Source: the human T2T-CHM13v2.0 reference genome, Homo sapiens. Taken from it: a stretch of 64,000 nucleotides of DNA. The translations under genes were made by a program, and so were the position numbers. The notes beneath the pieces were generated by a model. It was given only the letters and a program-made list of their open reading frames with translations, was not told the origin of the DNA and did not search any database. Location of the stretch: NCBI RefSeq assembly GCF_009914755.1, contig NC_060931.1. One strand, given 5' to 3'. Numbering within the stretch: position 1 is the first letter of the stretch; the number at the start of each line of letters is the position of its first letter. Below are positions 43,508 through 58,659 of this stretch, in pieces.

Positions 43508-44349
43508 CAGGCAGGAGCTCATTTATTGTGACATATTCCCTCTTTAAAAATGTAAATATTCTTGGGAAAGTTTAGCTTCTCATCAATCCATCCAATCTTC
43601 TTGTGCATTAGTTCCATGTGACTAACAGACTGACTACCCTTAGAATGCAGGGTCTTGGTTGAGTGGCAGCTGTGGAGGAGAGTCAAGGGAAGGTTCACAG
43701 CCACTCTTGGCATTTACTCAGCATGGATACATGAGCTGCACTAAGGATTCTTCGTTTTGACATTTTAGCCAGAGCTGACTCTGCCCCACGCATCACACAA
43801 AGAAAATAGAAGGCACATAAAGAAGATTCTGAAGGCATTAATAAATGGAGCTCTAAGGTGTGAAATAGACACAGAGCAGCACCACTACTGCAAGCCAATG
43901 GAGACCAATGGAGAAGGAACACGTTTGACAAAGAGTACAAAAATAGATCCTGAGAGCTCAAATTTAACTCTATCAGCATTAAGTCAACACAACTAGAACA
44001 AACATTCATATTAGGTCCTGTTTCTCAAACATAAAACAAACATTTAAATTTCTCAGTTGGATTTGCCATGTATAGCCAGGAAAAGCAGGCCTGGTTCTGA
44101 GATCCAGGATGTAGCCAAAAGGTGACAAGAAATCATCTCAGGGAGTGGACTTTCTTTCCATCCCCGGTTCTTAGAGTTCCTAGGCATTGTAGATCAAGAT
44201 AGCAAAATAAACTCAGTAAAATGTTCTCATGGAAAAAAGCCAAAGGCTAGCTCTGATAAGAGCCTGTTTAAGCACAAGAGGCAAATACCTGTGATCTAAT
44301 TTGACTTCTCTGTAGAAAATCTCTTGCTAAAAGACACTAACATGTGGAT

Positions 44350-44545
44350 GTTAAATGTTTGGCCCAATTCTGCCATTTGTTAGCTGTATGACCTATGCAG
44401 TCTACTTAACATTGTTGGGCATCTTTTTTTCTATCTGTACAAACAGGAATAATAATATCTGCCTCATAAGCTTCTCATGATAATTTCCTGATATATTACA
44501 TAAGAAGCACTTAGTATAGGGCCTGACATGTAATTATACTCCGGG
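44350..44545 (+). mobile_element. MIR
   Basis: tctgccatttgttagctgtatgacct...atctgtacaa...aagcacttagtatagggcctgacatgta. Confidence 0.7.
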
Positions 44546-45742
44546 ATTTGTATCTGTTGTTACTGTATTAACAATGATGCCTCTATCAGTTCTGCCTGAG
44601 TGCCTCAATATGCAACTCAGGAGAGCTATTTCTTTGGGGCTTAGACATTTGTCCCAGGAATTTTTCTTTCAAAACGTAAAAAAGTTTAGGAGGTGGTCAT
44701 ATATTAAGAGTTTCCATTAGTAATGCCTTTGTATTTGTTAATAGCCAGAAACTTGATCTCCAATTATTTAGCAAAAGACTGAGCTCTTGGAAAATGAAAT
44801 GTGAGGTCAATATGCTTTTACTTGGTGGGGGGGTTAATTTTTTGCATCTGAAGCCATGTGGGAGACATGCCCTGATTGTGATCCCTTGAACAGTTAGGGG
44901 CCAGGTGGGAGTTTGGGATGTGGGAAGAGGACAGGGGTAAAAGTGGAGCCCCCAACACAGGAAGGAGGGGAGCACAGTGCAGCAGTGAGTCACTCTAGCC
45001 CCAGCACTGACTAGCATGTCCTAGCATGACTCCAGCACGCTGTCATTTGGAATAAATCTTGGATAGGATAAAACCTGAGTTTAATGAAATTATGGATTCT
45101 CAGAATTTTTAATCCGGAGGGTGCAAGAAATTACACAAACCAAGTGGTCAGGACCGTGAACAATAGCCACACTCAGAGAGCTGATCAGGGTCGGCAGAGA
45201 AACAGCCCGACATGACTGCTTGTGGTCTGTGACTCAACTGTATCATCTGGATTGACTTTCTAAATGTGAAGTTTCAGCCAGTCCCTAAAATCCACAGACA
45301 GACTAAAGTTCCAGCAGGTGACCCACACTGAACTCTGTGGTAACCAGTTTTAAACTGACAAACCAAAGACCTATTTGAACAAACCACTTTCCCTCATCAT
45401 ACCTCATGGGTTTGCTTTCAGGAGTGTGAGACCATGGTGGAGAGGTTGTCCTCACTGGGACCTGTCTCAGCATATACCTGTATACAGGTAAATCCCCAAT
45501 GCTCTTAACTGAATGTCTCTGCATTATCTTGGAGGTTCTGCAGAAACCTCATTACCCATAGTCTAACTCTTCTGTACTGGGTTATGACTTCCCCACCTTC
45601 ACTTGCAGTGAGCTTGGGCTAGCACTACTATGTTTCACAGGCTCTCTGCACTGAGATATCAATTTCTACACCTGCCATCATGTTAGAGATGTGCATAATG
45701 GAATTTAAAAGCTTTGTATTACCACTATTTAAAAACATATCT

Positions 45743-46087
<345 letters not shown>

Positions 46088-47524
46088 CTACCTCCCATGA
46101 CTCACTCTGTTTGGCATTGCTAATTATTCAGCTGACTCTTGCAAGAATGAGTTGTTGAGCTGAGGGCCAAGACCTTGAGAATAGAGCAGGGAAGAGGCTG
46201 GGAGAGCTGTGCAGCAGGGATGGAAGCCTGTTTGAGCAGAGCTGTTTCGCAGCATCTCCACCCATGGTTTTTGTTTTTCTCCATTTGAAAGGTCTTTTAA
46301 AGCACAGGTCTATGGACACACAAGGGAGGAATCTAATTTGATGGCATCACATGCACCACGCAAAAATCCATAGACCTTCTATGTCATTCCTTCAAACACT
46401 TCAGTCTGTCTCAATAGTTATGGTTCAAACAGGTAAAACAGAATTTGAGTTGCTTGGGCATTTCTTGCCTCCTTACTACATAAGATCAAGTGGGGAAGGT
46501 GAAAACCAGAACAAGTCACCCTGGGAGGCCCAAATGGGAAGTGTCAGTCATGCATTTGTGAATATTCAGTGTGAAGTGTAACCACCTGTCAGTCCACGTG
46601 TCTGAAAATGTAGCTATGGGGGTTGCAAGGCTGGGTCAAATGGCCTGTGCTTTGACAGATTTGCACTGGGTTTCATTATTTACCATTATTAAAATAGACA
46701 ATTATGGTGTTGGCTGTAAACAATAATCTATGACTGGCCATCACCTTAATGAAGATCAGAAAAGCATATCAACAAAAGTATAATACAACCAACAAACAAC
46801 TAAGATGAATTTATAACTACAGTGAAGACATAATTACAAATTTTGAAATAGAGATGACTAAAACTGGAGTTTACTATGGTCTTTTTCCCAATAAATTATG
46901 TGGGTTTTTTTTTCAGTCAAAGCTAATGGACATCAGGAATTGTGGGATATTCAGTGGCTGCACGTCAGGGAACCTGGGTCCCAGGTCCAGTTTTATCACT
47001 GACAAACTCTGTGAATTTGGCAAAGTTATCTGTGAAATAGTTGAACTGGATAGTCAACTATTAGTCATTAGTTCACTATCTTTTCACAACCAAAATAAAA
47101 TGGGTTAACATAATTCTAAACAATTATATTTAAAATGAAAGATAAAAAGGAAAACAACAGGATTGTGGTTTTCAAACTCTTCCCTGAGAAACCATCAGGG
47201 CTCAGAGGAGTGAGGTAGCAGGACTCTAGGGTCCCAGCCCTTTTATATTTTCTTAAGTCTTATACATTGGGCTTCTCAATAATAGTTTGTCTAAAAACTC
47301 TAAGAATTTAAACTGAAAACAGCTGCGTTGGTTATTGCTGACAAATATGTCTTTTGTGTCCTATCTTTGCCTCCACTCTGTGCTTTCTTCACCTTAAAAA
47401 ATATGAGTGCCACAGAACAAAAAAAAATTCAGGAAACAGGCAAATCTACATTTTCTGATTATTCCATAAACTTTACAAAAAATTCCAGAAAGTAAAAGGT
47501 CTACCCTGTCATAAGTGTGCTGCT

Positions 47525-48121
47525 GTAAGGGGCCTGTTTTCCTCCTATAAGTTGTGACAAGCTGGGAACCAGGCTGTGGAAGATCTCAGGCCCTGGCCAG
47601 TCTGTCCAGGTGCTGCTGCTCTCAGTCTCCTGGATGGTGGCGAGCATCACCAAATGAACAGAGCCCGTCCAGGTGCTTCTGTTGTCCGTCTCCAGGATAG
47701 TGGTGAGTATCATCAAACAAACAGAACTGTGTTCAGGTCCTGTGAAGGAACTCCCCAAATCTCCATAATTCAGCAGGAGACAAAATAAGGGTAATCACCC
47801 CACCACCTGGATCCACTTAGATTAAGTAAATTTACTGAAGCTCCAGGGGGAGGTCTTCAAGACTCGGATCTTGGTTATAGATTTAAAGTAGTTAATCACT
47901 TATGTCTTTAGATGAATGCATATTTACACATAGCCATATAGCTTAGAATATATATAAGCTCTGGAAGACTTTGTAATTTTGAGTTGGTCTGGAGATATTT
48001 TCCAGGCCTTCTCCATGTAACTGGTTACAGAAATAAAAACTCACTTCCTCCGCAGTTCATCTGCATCTTATTATTGGGCAACCAGAAATAGCGGTCCGAT
48101 CCCCAGTTTGGTCCAGGAATA
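47525..48121 (+). mobile_element. ERV1-class solo LTR (PABL-like; family uncertain)
   Basis: TATA (tatatataagct), aataaa, ends cagtttggtccaggaata; 5' boundary approximate. Confidence 0.6.
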
Positions 48122-48616
48122 GCACCAGATGGAGAAGCAGCACCAGTGAGACTCACAAGGGCGTGGAGACTTGGGATGGGGGCTGAAATGGGCTCATACT
48201 CATTCTTGAAGCCATGGACTCCTTCCAGGTCAATGGCCTCCCCAGTTGCAGGAGAATGGCTTTTCTGCGAAGAGGAGAAAATGATGCACTCCCAATAGTA
48301 CCTCGGACTCACAGCCTTCCCAGGGAGGGATAAAGAAATAGAAATGAGAATAACTAAAAATTATGAACAATTATTCCCTAAACTAGCACACGTAAGTAAG
48401 AATGATAAAATAACATGTTTGTAAACATGGAGGCATGTTTGTACATTCTCAGTAACATTAATGTTTCTGAGAGGAAGTCTAGCACTATATAAAGTAAAAC
48501 TGTTTATGTCATTTGAACTGTATTGCACGTACAAAAAAAAAATTAAAAGAAAATCCCAAAAGAAAGTTATGTATAACTTATTAAAGAAAAAATTAAAACT
48601 GCAATGTCCAATATTA

Positions 48617-48927
<311 letters not shown>

Positions 48928-49099
48928 GATTAAATAGTCAATCATATAATCGTATAAATGCCGTATGAGATAATGTTGAGCAAAAAATTAAGAAGACAAT
49001 ATTATTAGTAATTGTATCTGTGCACTCACTGTTCAACAATGAACAGAAGATAATTTGGAGTGAAGGAGTTATGTAATTTTCATTAGTTTTTTTACCATC

Positions 49100-49560
49100 T
49101 GTGAAAGGAAAATAAATATTGGGGCCCCCAAGTCACTAAGCTAAAGGGAAAAGTCAAGCTGGGAACTGCTTAGGACAAACATGCCTCCCATTCTATTCAA
49201 AGTTACCCTCTGCTTACTGAGATAAATACATATCTGATTGCCTCCTTTGGAGAGGCTAATCAGAAACTCAAGTGAATGCAACTATTTGTCTCTTATCTAC
49301 CTATGACCTGGGAGTCCCTTCCCTGCTTTGAGTTCCCCCAACTCTGCTTTGAGTTGTCCAACCTTTCCAAACTGAACCAATGTTCATCTTACATATGTTG
49401 ATTGATGTCTTGTATCTCCCTAAAATGTATAAAACCAAACAGTGCTCTGACCACCTTGGGCACATGTCGTCAGTATATGTCAGTTGACGCATGTCCTCAA
49501 CCTTGGCAAAATAAACTTTCTAAATTAACTGAGACCTGTCTCAAATTTTTGGGGTTCACA
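49100..49560 (+). mobile_element. MER4A-type solo LTR
   Basis: tgtgaaaggaaaataaat...cactaagctaaagggaaaagtcaagctgggaactgc ... ggggttcaca. Confidence 0.9.
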
Positions 49561-49719
49561 CCCCAAAAGTATTTAAATTCAAATCTTGTAAAAACACTAA
49601 GCTATAACTCTATTTTAGCCACAGTCTTTCATTTCTATGATTTGCCTGTTATTTCTTTGAATCAAGATGACAACATTGGCCTTTAATTTTCTCACCCCTT
49701 CTCACCTGTGGAACTATAT

Positions 49720-50105
49720 GTGATAGTTAATTTCAGGTGTCAACTTGGTTGGGTTAAGGGATGTCCAGATAGCTGGTGAGGTATTATTTCTGGGTGCATG
49801 TGTGAGCATGTTTCTGGCAGAGACTGGCATTTGAATCAGTGACTGAGTAAAGATCCATCCTCCCACAATGTGAATGGCTCCATCCCATTCATCAAGACCC
49901 AGATAGAACCAAAAGGCATAGGAAAGGCAAATTTGTTATCTCTCCTTGAGCTGGGCACCATCTTCTGCCCTTGGACATCAGGACTCCAGGTTCTTAGGCC
50001 TTTCACTCTCTAGGACTTACATCAGTGGCCTCCAATATCTCAGACCTTTGGCCTCAAACTGTGAGTTACACCATCAGCTTTCTTGGTTCTCAGACCTTTT
50101 GACTT
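49720..50105 (+). mobile_element. MLT2 (ERVL) LTR
   Basis: tgtgatagttaatttcaggtgtcaacttg...ggcatttgaatcagt...cttggacatcaggactccaggtt. Confidence 0.8.
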
Positions 50106-51399
50106 CCCCTTTATCTTTTCAAACAGACTAACTTTTGAACCTCTGGGATTCTGGCCTATCTTTTTGAAGGCTGGTACAGAAAGTGATTTGAGGAGTCATC
50201 TCATACAGCAGAAGACTACCAATGTACTAGACATACTCTATTCCCATCAGTGTATTTTTGTGAAACCATATTGCCCTAATCTTGCTTAGCATAAATATCT
50301 GGAGCTTAGTTTCTTTTTTCTCCCCTAAGGATAAACCTCTTTCTCAGCACCTGAGTTCTAGTCTGGGAGTTTTGAAGAGTTATTTTGTTCCTGTTTCCAG
50401 AATATGTTACAACTTTCTTTCAAGCCAACATGCCCCTAAGGAGAAAAGCCATCTTTGTGGTTCACTTAGCATTCGTTGATTGCCTTGTTTCTTTCTTTTG
50501 TCAGCCTTGCATGTTCTGTTAATTTGGCCTAGTGCATCCTGAGGTAATAGAGCATTTCCAAACTTAAAAATATAAACACAAAGGTAAGAAAAAATGCAGA
50601 GAGAAGAGGTACATTTATGTCTGGACCTCACAGAAATAACACAGTTGCTCTTGGTTGTGGGTAGGATGTTGGGAAACCCACAGGAATTTCCACCTGGGGG
50701 CTGGAAATAGGAGTGATCTGAATAAGTAGCTCAGGATAATAATCAACTCACAACTATCTTTTAAAAGAAACCTCGATTCTGAGTAAGATCCTTTTCCCAT
50801 ACTCTTTTAGTCAAAACTTCAGATTTGCTGTTTTCATCTTTCCTGTACTATCACAACTTCTGATCATCTATGGGACTAGGTGGGAGGTGTTTCATCTTAT
50901 TCTGGGTTAAGGTCTCAAGTCATCTCAAAGAGCCAAAATTACAGGCTGTGGGGTTCCTTATATCACCTGTAAGTTCTGATGACACAGAGGTAGATTTCTC
51001 TGAATCATGCCATTGCAGGCAAATTTCCCCCTCACATCTAAGGAGCTTGCTGCTTCATGAGTTGAGCAGTAGTTTGGCTTGGGTAGGCTGTGTGGCACAC
51101 CCTTATCTCAACTATATTCAGTCAAAAATGGTGCCTCCTGGGGGCCTGATGCATCCTGAGATAACCTGGCACATGACAGATTGTCACCTCTCATCTTGTT
51201 CTTTCTGGGCACATACACATTGTTTAGATTTTGTTTTGCTGTGCATAAACAGTCAAATGCATGCATGATGTGACTCCCCTGTATACCTTACAAAGCATAC
51301 ACACCTGTGTGACTTATGTTATCCTCAGTGCTTACCTGCACTGTGGGGCTCTTAGAGGCTGATGAACTATGCAGAGAAGAGAAGACAGCAGAGGGCAGG

Positions 51400-51660
51400 A
51401 CCCTACGGACCACCAAGTCTTGGCAGGAGGGAAATTGAAGAGGACCAGACAGAAAAAAAGAGGAGCCCACAGAGGATGCTTAAAGAGAAGAATTGCCAGA
51501 AAGTAGAAGGAAAAACAGGAGAGTGCCGGGTCCCGGATCCCAAAAGAGGCAACTCTGAAAGAGGGAATAGTCATCGCCAAGTGCTGCAGGGGAGTCCGCA
51601 GTGACTGAGTCTAAGGGAGCTGGCATTTGACATTAGGCAGCATCTACAGCTGACTTCTCT
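51400..51660 (-). mobile_element. L2 fragment
   Basis: ccagaaagtagaaggaaaaacaggagagtg...caagtgctgcag. Confidence 0.45.
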
Positions 51661-51879
51661 GGGGAGCCACAAGCCCGTCTTCCCCCTTTTCCCTTTGAAA
51701 AAGTTTTAAAGGAGACAGGAAGTCTACTGCTGCAGGAAGACACAAAGTCTGCATCATTTAAAAATCAAGTGTGCCAAGGGAAAGGAAAAAAATGACAGAT
51801 GTAATAGTAATAGCAGTAATTACTAGCCTACTAGCCTACCAACCTACCAACAAACCGACCAACCGAGCAACCAACCTAC

Positions 51880-52229
51880 CAACCTGCTGCCTTCAAGGTC
51901 AGCAGCTGAACTCTTTCTCTCTCTGGGCATGAGCAAGCTGAGCTGTGTCCTTGCTCCCTCCTGTCCATCTGCAAGATGGACAGCTTTGGCTCTCTCCTTC
52001 TCTTTGTGTGTGAGTGTTTGCACATGAGCCATGTTGAGCTCTATACACAGTGTCAGCAGGGCAATTATACCTTTATCAGACAATAGTGGCTCGAGCCAAG
52101 AATGAACTTACACAAGCAGTTGTATAATAAGTGGAGGTGTGCGCCTGTGTTCCAAACTCACTGAGTCATGCATGCCTGGATATTCGCCTCAGCCTGTTCC
52201 TTGACCAAAGCACATCCATGTACCTTACA
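51880..52229 (-). mobile_element. LTR18 (ERVL) LTR, 3'-truncated
   Basis: Reverse complement starts tgtaaggtacatggatgtgctttggtcaagg. Confidence 0.8.
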
Positions 52230-52491
52230 GGAGTGAATAGACTTTACTAAAATAATTCAGCCAATTACTAAACAAATAATTAAATAATAGTAACAAGCTC
52301 CAAGGGGGATTATCAGTACACAGAGTTGCTACAATATATTATCTAAAATGTCCAGTTACAACAATAATTATAAAGTGTGCCATGTAACAGGAAAGTATGT
52401 CCCATATACCGGGCAGGGGGTGAGCAGGAGTGAGAAGAAACTGCCATTGAGAGTGACCAGTTGTATGATTTAACAGAAAAAAAAGACTCTA

Positions 52492-52857
<366 letters not shown>

Positions 52858-53621
52858 TCAATAAAGAGAGTAATTATAAAAAAAGAACTAAATGGAAATT
52901 CTTGAGAAATTCAACAACTGAAATGAAAACCTTATTGTAGGGACTCAACAGGTTTGAACTAGCAGAAAAAAAAGAAGAAGCAAATTTGAAAAAAAGATTA
53001 ATAGATGTTATGCAAGCTGAAAAATAGAGAGGAGAAAAGAATGAAGAAAAAAATGAACAGAGCCTCACTGAAATGTGGAACACCATCAGGCACACATATA
53101 TGCTTATTAGGATTACTAGAAAGAGAGGAGAGACTGAAGGGACCAGAGAAAATATATGAAGAAATAAGGGTGGAAAAAAATATCAAATTTTTTGGAAAAC
53201 AATAACCAACAGATTCCAAAAGCTCAATAAACTCCTAGTAAGGTAAACTCAAAGAGATCCACAAACAAATGCATCATAGTAAAAATGCTGAAAGCCAAAG
53301 ATAAGGAGAAAATTATGAAAACAGCAAAGAAAAATGACTCATTACTTATAATGGAATCCTAGTAAGATTGACAGCTGACTTCACATCACAAAAGATGGAG
53401 GCCAGAAGACAATGGGATAGCATATTCAAAATTTTCAAAGTAAAAAATCTGTCAACTAAGGATCCTATATCCAGCAAAGGTATTATTCAAAACTGAAGTA
53501 AAAATAAAGGTTTTCCCAGATAAACAAAAACAGATAATTTATTACTTGCAGACCCACCTTATAAGAAATACTAAAGGAAGTTCTACAGGCTGAAATCAAG
53601 TGATTCCGTATAGTAATTTGA

Positions 53622-53644
53622 ACACACACACATACACACACACA

Positions 53645-53691
<47 letters not shown>
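53622..53691. repeat. (CA)n microsatellite, interrupted
   Basis: About 35 AC units with two interruptions. Confidence 0.97.
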
Positions 53692-53692
<1 letters not shown>

Positions 53693-53786
53693 AGTAAAGA
53701 TAGTTATGTAATTATTTTAAAAAATACATAAATGCATACTTTTTCTCCTGTATTCTCATAAATTATTTAAAAAGTAACCATACACA

Positions 53787-54085
53787 GGCTGGGCACGGTG
53801 GCTCATGCCTGTAATCCCAACACTTTGGGAGGCCAAGACAGGTGGATCACGAGGTCAGGAGATCAAGACCATCCTGGCTAACACCGTGAAACCCCATCTC
53901 TACTAAAAATCCAAAATTTAACTGGGCGTGGTGGTGGGTGCCTGTAGTCCTAGCTACTCAGGAGGCTGAGGCAGGAGAATTGCTTCAACCCAGGAGGCAG
54001 AGCTTGCAGTGAGCTGAGATCACACCACTGCACTCCAGCCTGGGTGACAGAGCAAGACTCTGTCTCAAAAAATAAAAAATAAATA
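53787..54085 (+). mobile_element. AluSc8/Y-like
   Basis: gaccatcctggctaacac; exact TSD aaaagtaaccatacaca. Confidence 0.93.
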
Positions 54086-57000
54086 AAAAGTAACCATACA
54101 CAATAATGTGTATATAATGTTGGACCTATAGCATACTATAGCATATTGAGAAAGAGTACGGTTGCTTATTGATTAAGCTCTGTTGAGACCAGGCCCTTCC
54201 CCAATAATATGAAGGTCAAATCCCCTTGAGGATGCCCAATCATATATCCTGCCCCAGGAAAGGGTGAAGTGTGGAGGCACCACCAGATTCTGTCATCACT
54301 GGGGACACAGGGAGGAGCACCTAAAATACTCCTACAGTGTGGAGCATTAAAGCCCCTACAATGTGGCCACCATTTTAGAGAAGTGATCTTGTCTTCCCAC
54401 AGCTTCTTCAACACCTTTTTGTCATAGTCTTACCAATCAACACTTGACCTGTTTTAAAGAGTATGCTCAGGGGGGTGTTGGTCCCCCCTTCTCCCCACTT
54501 AGCTGTTTTTCTTAAGGAAAGAGAAAGCATTCTGTCACAAGTATGAGGGCACAGAGACAGAGGGAAACTTAAGGAATGAGTGGGTAGAAGTGCAATGCAC
54601 TTGACCAGCCTGAGAAGACGAGAGTCAATGCCAGGATGGAGGATAGACAGTGGTAAGCTCATGATGGGCCATGAACCATCGGCTTGAAAAGTTTGGGCCA
54701 TCCAGTAACATCAATGGAAGTCACCAAAGAACTTTAGGCCAGATAGTTTAAAGTCTCAGTAACTATTAATAAACATAACTGGAAGTTAAGGAACTGTCTT
54801 AGAGATACTGGAAAGAATATCGTCAGGAAAACTAAGTTTCATTTCTTATTTTGCTTGCAATTTTCATGGCTATATCCTTAAAGCTCTCTCCTTTGTGGAT
54901 TGTGGGACAGTCTTGCTGCCAGTTTATGTGATGCTTTATTATGTAAACTAGGGTTTCTCTGATTCTAAAACACCTGACAAGTATTTTCTTTCCCTGATTA
55001 ATTTTCTGTTTTAAAATTTTTCCTGATGTTTACCTGACAGCTTCACACTCTCAAAGGATGAGCAATAATATTCTTGCTAAACCAAATCCCCAGTCAAAAG
55101 AGCAAGCCAAAATTTTTGTTTTCCAGTAAAGAAATGTTATTACATAAAATTTTCCTGGAATCTTAACATTTTAAGGTTGGGTGGAACCTTAGAAATCATC
55201 TGCTGTGATTTTTTTTTTCACAAATGAGCAAACTGATACATGGAGAGCTGTGTTCTATCCAACACCCCAATTAATAGCAGCAGGACTTGAACCTGGGCTT
55301 ATTCACCCTTACACAGTGTTCTTTTCACTGTTTTTTATTATAGAAAACAAATGACCCCAGAACAGGAGTTTATAAATATTTGGAGTTTTTAAATACATTT
55401 TAAGATATGAAGTTTTTGTATATTAGAAAATAACATCTTTTTTCTACAAATTTATGTTGATGCAGTAGATTTTCAAGAATATTTGATAAATTCCAGGAAA
55501 ATTGGTTATGGTAGGTAGAAGTCAGTGGAAATCTCAGTGTTTAGTGATGAAAGGGATGGATTTGACTACTCTGTTGAATCCAGGTACACTTAAACAAATA
55601 ACCGATAACAGATAGTAAAATAATTGCATGGCTACTTCCTGCTTGTCTCTGCTCAGCACCTCATAACTTCGTCTTCCTAAGATCCTGTCAGCCACATTCT
55701 GCTGTGTTTTCTCCGGCCCCACCACTCTTCTGTGCCTCATCTTACACATTCTCCATTTTGGTGACAAAGCTGGATTCTGTCTATTGGCCTCAGCAGGCTA
55801 TTCTCTGCCTCGGTATCTAAGTGGCTTCTTGTCACTTAGATAATTAATTTCAGCTTCCTTTTCTCTGACAGTGATAACCTCAATACCAAATCTGAAAATA
55901 TCTCTAACTGCATGTCTCTTTTCCCCTCAAGTCACAAATCGAATCGGCCAGATATTTTAGCACTTACCGTAATTTAGCAGCCTCCCAATATCTGAGTTCT
56001 TTAGTAACTGAGAAACTTTGGATGCTATTCACAGAAATTTATTTTATTTATAAACAAAATGTGGCCCCAATTTGTCAACGTTTTAATTGCCTTTGCAACA
56101 TTGTTCCTCACTCCAACCCACCATGGAAATAAGTGCTGGCTTAAAGAGAAACCAAGGAGGACCTGCAGAATTAGAAGCAGGCAACAAGAAGACTGATGAG
56201 TATTAAATGGGACTCCCAAGAGAAGTTTTGCATGGGTCAACCGTCCTCCATGTCTGCATCTAGCTAGGGCTTAGCTGGCTTTTAGATGAATGGAATTCTG
56301 AGCCTAACAACCAACAGATACCTTTCTCTGTCCCTTAATGTCAGCAGAAGGAAGTGGAAATGTTTAGGTGAATGAGAAAATAAAAATAGCACATTTGAAA
56401 GAAATGATCAAAATTAAGACCAGATCAGTATATTTTTTTTCAAGCCACACCAAGTGTCAGATGACTGGATTAGTTTGCATCTGGTTTTGAAAATTCTGTC
56501 TCAACATTCAACAGCCAGCACCTGTCGTGAGCAGTCTGAGGCTTTTTCAAGTAAGCTTCAAATATCTGCTGTTGAATGCATTTGGTTAAACCTTGTTTCT
56601 CTTGAATGCACGTGTACAGTATACACTGGGCAGAGTCCACAGTGTGACACACATTGTTGAGTATGTCTCCTTTAAGTGAAGAGGTCAACCATGTGCCACT
56701 TGGTGGAGGAAGATACACTCTGCACAGTCCATGCTTATGCAAAGCCACTGACCCCACCTCTGGAACTTTTTTTTTTTGCCTTGGGGTGAATATGCTAAGC
56801 TTGGTTACGATGAGAACACAGTTACTGGTTTTCTAGTCTCCCTAACCACAAAAATCAATACCAGCTTAGTTTGCAAATTTTCTTAGCAAATCAAGATTAA
56901 ATGCATGGCTTGGTTTGAAATTGGATATGGTCATGAATAAACCCTAAGTTTTAAAATATTGTTAAACAACTGTCTTCTCATCTCCATACACATCATATCT

Positions 57001-57264
57001 GACCAATGTCTTTATATGTGTATTCTATCATATCTGTTCACAGAATTCTTATTTCCCATTTGGCAGAAGAGGAAAGAGATCTGCCAAAGAACAAATGATG
57101 TATCCTGGTGATGGGGCCAATCTTTGAATCCAAGCCCTGTCCCAAGATGTTTCTATTCTAAATACAGTGGAATCAGGAGAAGGATAAGCTACAATTTTTT
57201 CTCATGTGTATATATGGAGCAGGTAACTGACAGATTCTCAGGTGAGATTACTGACAAGCCAGGG

Positions 57265-57650
57265 GTTGCAGACCGAATTGTTAGACCCAGTTTGTGACTC
57301 CCTGTGGTTGGACAGAGTATACTTCCTTGACCATGTGACTTGTTTTGGCCAAAGGAATGATAGTGGATTTGACACAAGCAGGTCTTGAAATGTTTGTGGG
57401 GCTGCCCTTGCCTTCTCCTGCTTTGTCATCACCAGTTACTCCTGGGTATCTGTAACCCATTCAGCTTGAGCCTCAGAATAAGACAGATAGAGCATGCCTG
57501 GGCCATACCTGAACCTGGATCTAAGACCAGACGAGCCGAGTGAAGACCCTCAAACCTCAGCTGACCCACAAACTCATGAGCAAAAAAAAACTAAATTTGT
57601 GGTCACAAGACATTAAAATTTTAAGGTTGATTGTTACCCAGCTGACTGAC
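57265..57650 (+). mobile_element. Old MLT1 LTR
   Basis: gaccatgtgacttgttttggccaaaggaatg; cagctgacccacaaactcatgagc. Confidence 0.65.
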
Positions 57651-58059
57651 CTATCAGATTATGGAGGGATGATAACAGTTATATGAAGAGGTAGCCCAGT
57701 GAAGAATGGGGTGAATTGGAGAAGTTTCGATGAAGAAGGTGAGTCTTGAACTGAAGCTTTACTTCCATCTCCTCCAAATCAGCCTAAGCCAGGCTAAATG
57801 AGTTAATTGTGATTGTTACTCAGACTAAAAGTATCTTAAATCTTCTAACATTGAAGTCTTGCCAAATACAGACTAGCTATCAAGGCTCAAGAGATCTTTG
57901 ACATTAGCTGTAAACATTCACCTTGCAATGACTCCTGGGAAAAGAACAATCTCATGAGTGAAGTTTCAGCTTGCTTTGAAAATAGGAATAATAATTTAAA
58001 AGAAGCAAAACTGAAAATGAGATCTGAAGAAGTGTCCTGCTTTGTGAAGAAAGAAAGAG

Positions 58060-58630
58060 GCTTTCTCACCTCCTGCCCCTCCCCGCAAACTCATCTACAT
58101 CTACACAGCTTTCTCCACTCACCTCCCATTTCACCTGAGCACTGTCTCTCTTCTCCAAATTTACTCCTCCCCTCTCTGGATTCAACCTCTCCCTTTCACA
58201 ACTTGTACTTTTCTTCCAATTTATAAAGACTGTCATGTTTTCCTATCTTAAAAAAATTCTACAAAGAAAATAACCCTTATGCAACTTCATGTAACCCCTC
58301 CCTACCTTCCACCCTGCTCCTCACAGCCCTCAGCTCACTGGCTCTACATGGCTGTTGTCCAGAAGAGGCTGGAGGCCCAGGCCCTGCTCTGAGCTCCCCT
58401 ATAACTTCTTCTTTACCTGGACTTCCCCAGCTAAATGATCCACAGGCCCTTCAAACTTAATCCATGAGGTTTGGATTAAGGGTCTAGGCCTCCCTCTCTA
58501 ACACCTGATCAGTCACCAGCATCTTCAGTTCTATTTCTGAGTATTTCCTAGCCTGTCCCCTTCCCCATTTCCCTACCACTACTTCTCTGGTTCAGCCCTC
58601 AGCATCTCTCCTTTGGATGTTACCTCCCTG
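58060..58630 (+). mobile_element. L2 fragment(s)
   Basis: Pyrimidine-rich; ccaggccctgctctgagctcc; atcagtcacc...ttctatttc; ggttcagccctcagcatctctc. Confidence 0.5.
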
Positions 58631-58659
58631 CAGGTTTTCTTCCTCTAAGAGGAAGCATA

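Noticed and set aside
47604-47727. Degenerate ~62-bp direct repeat
   Set aside because: Lies inside an LTR and is probably part of the family structure.
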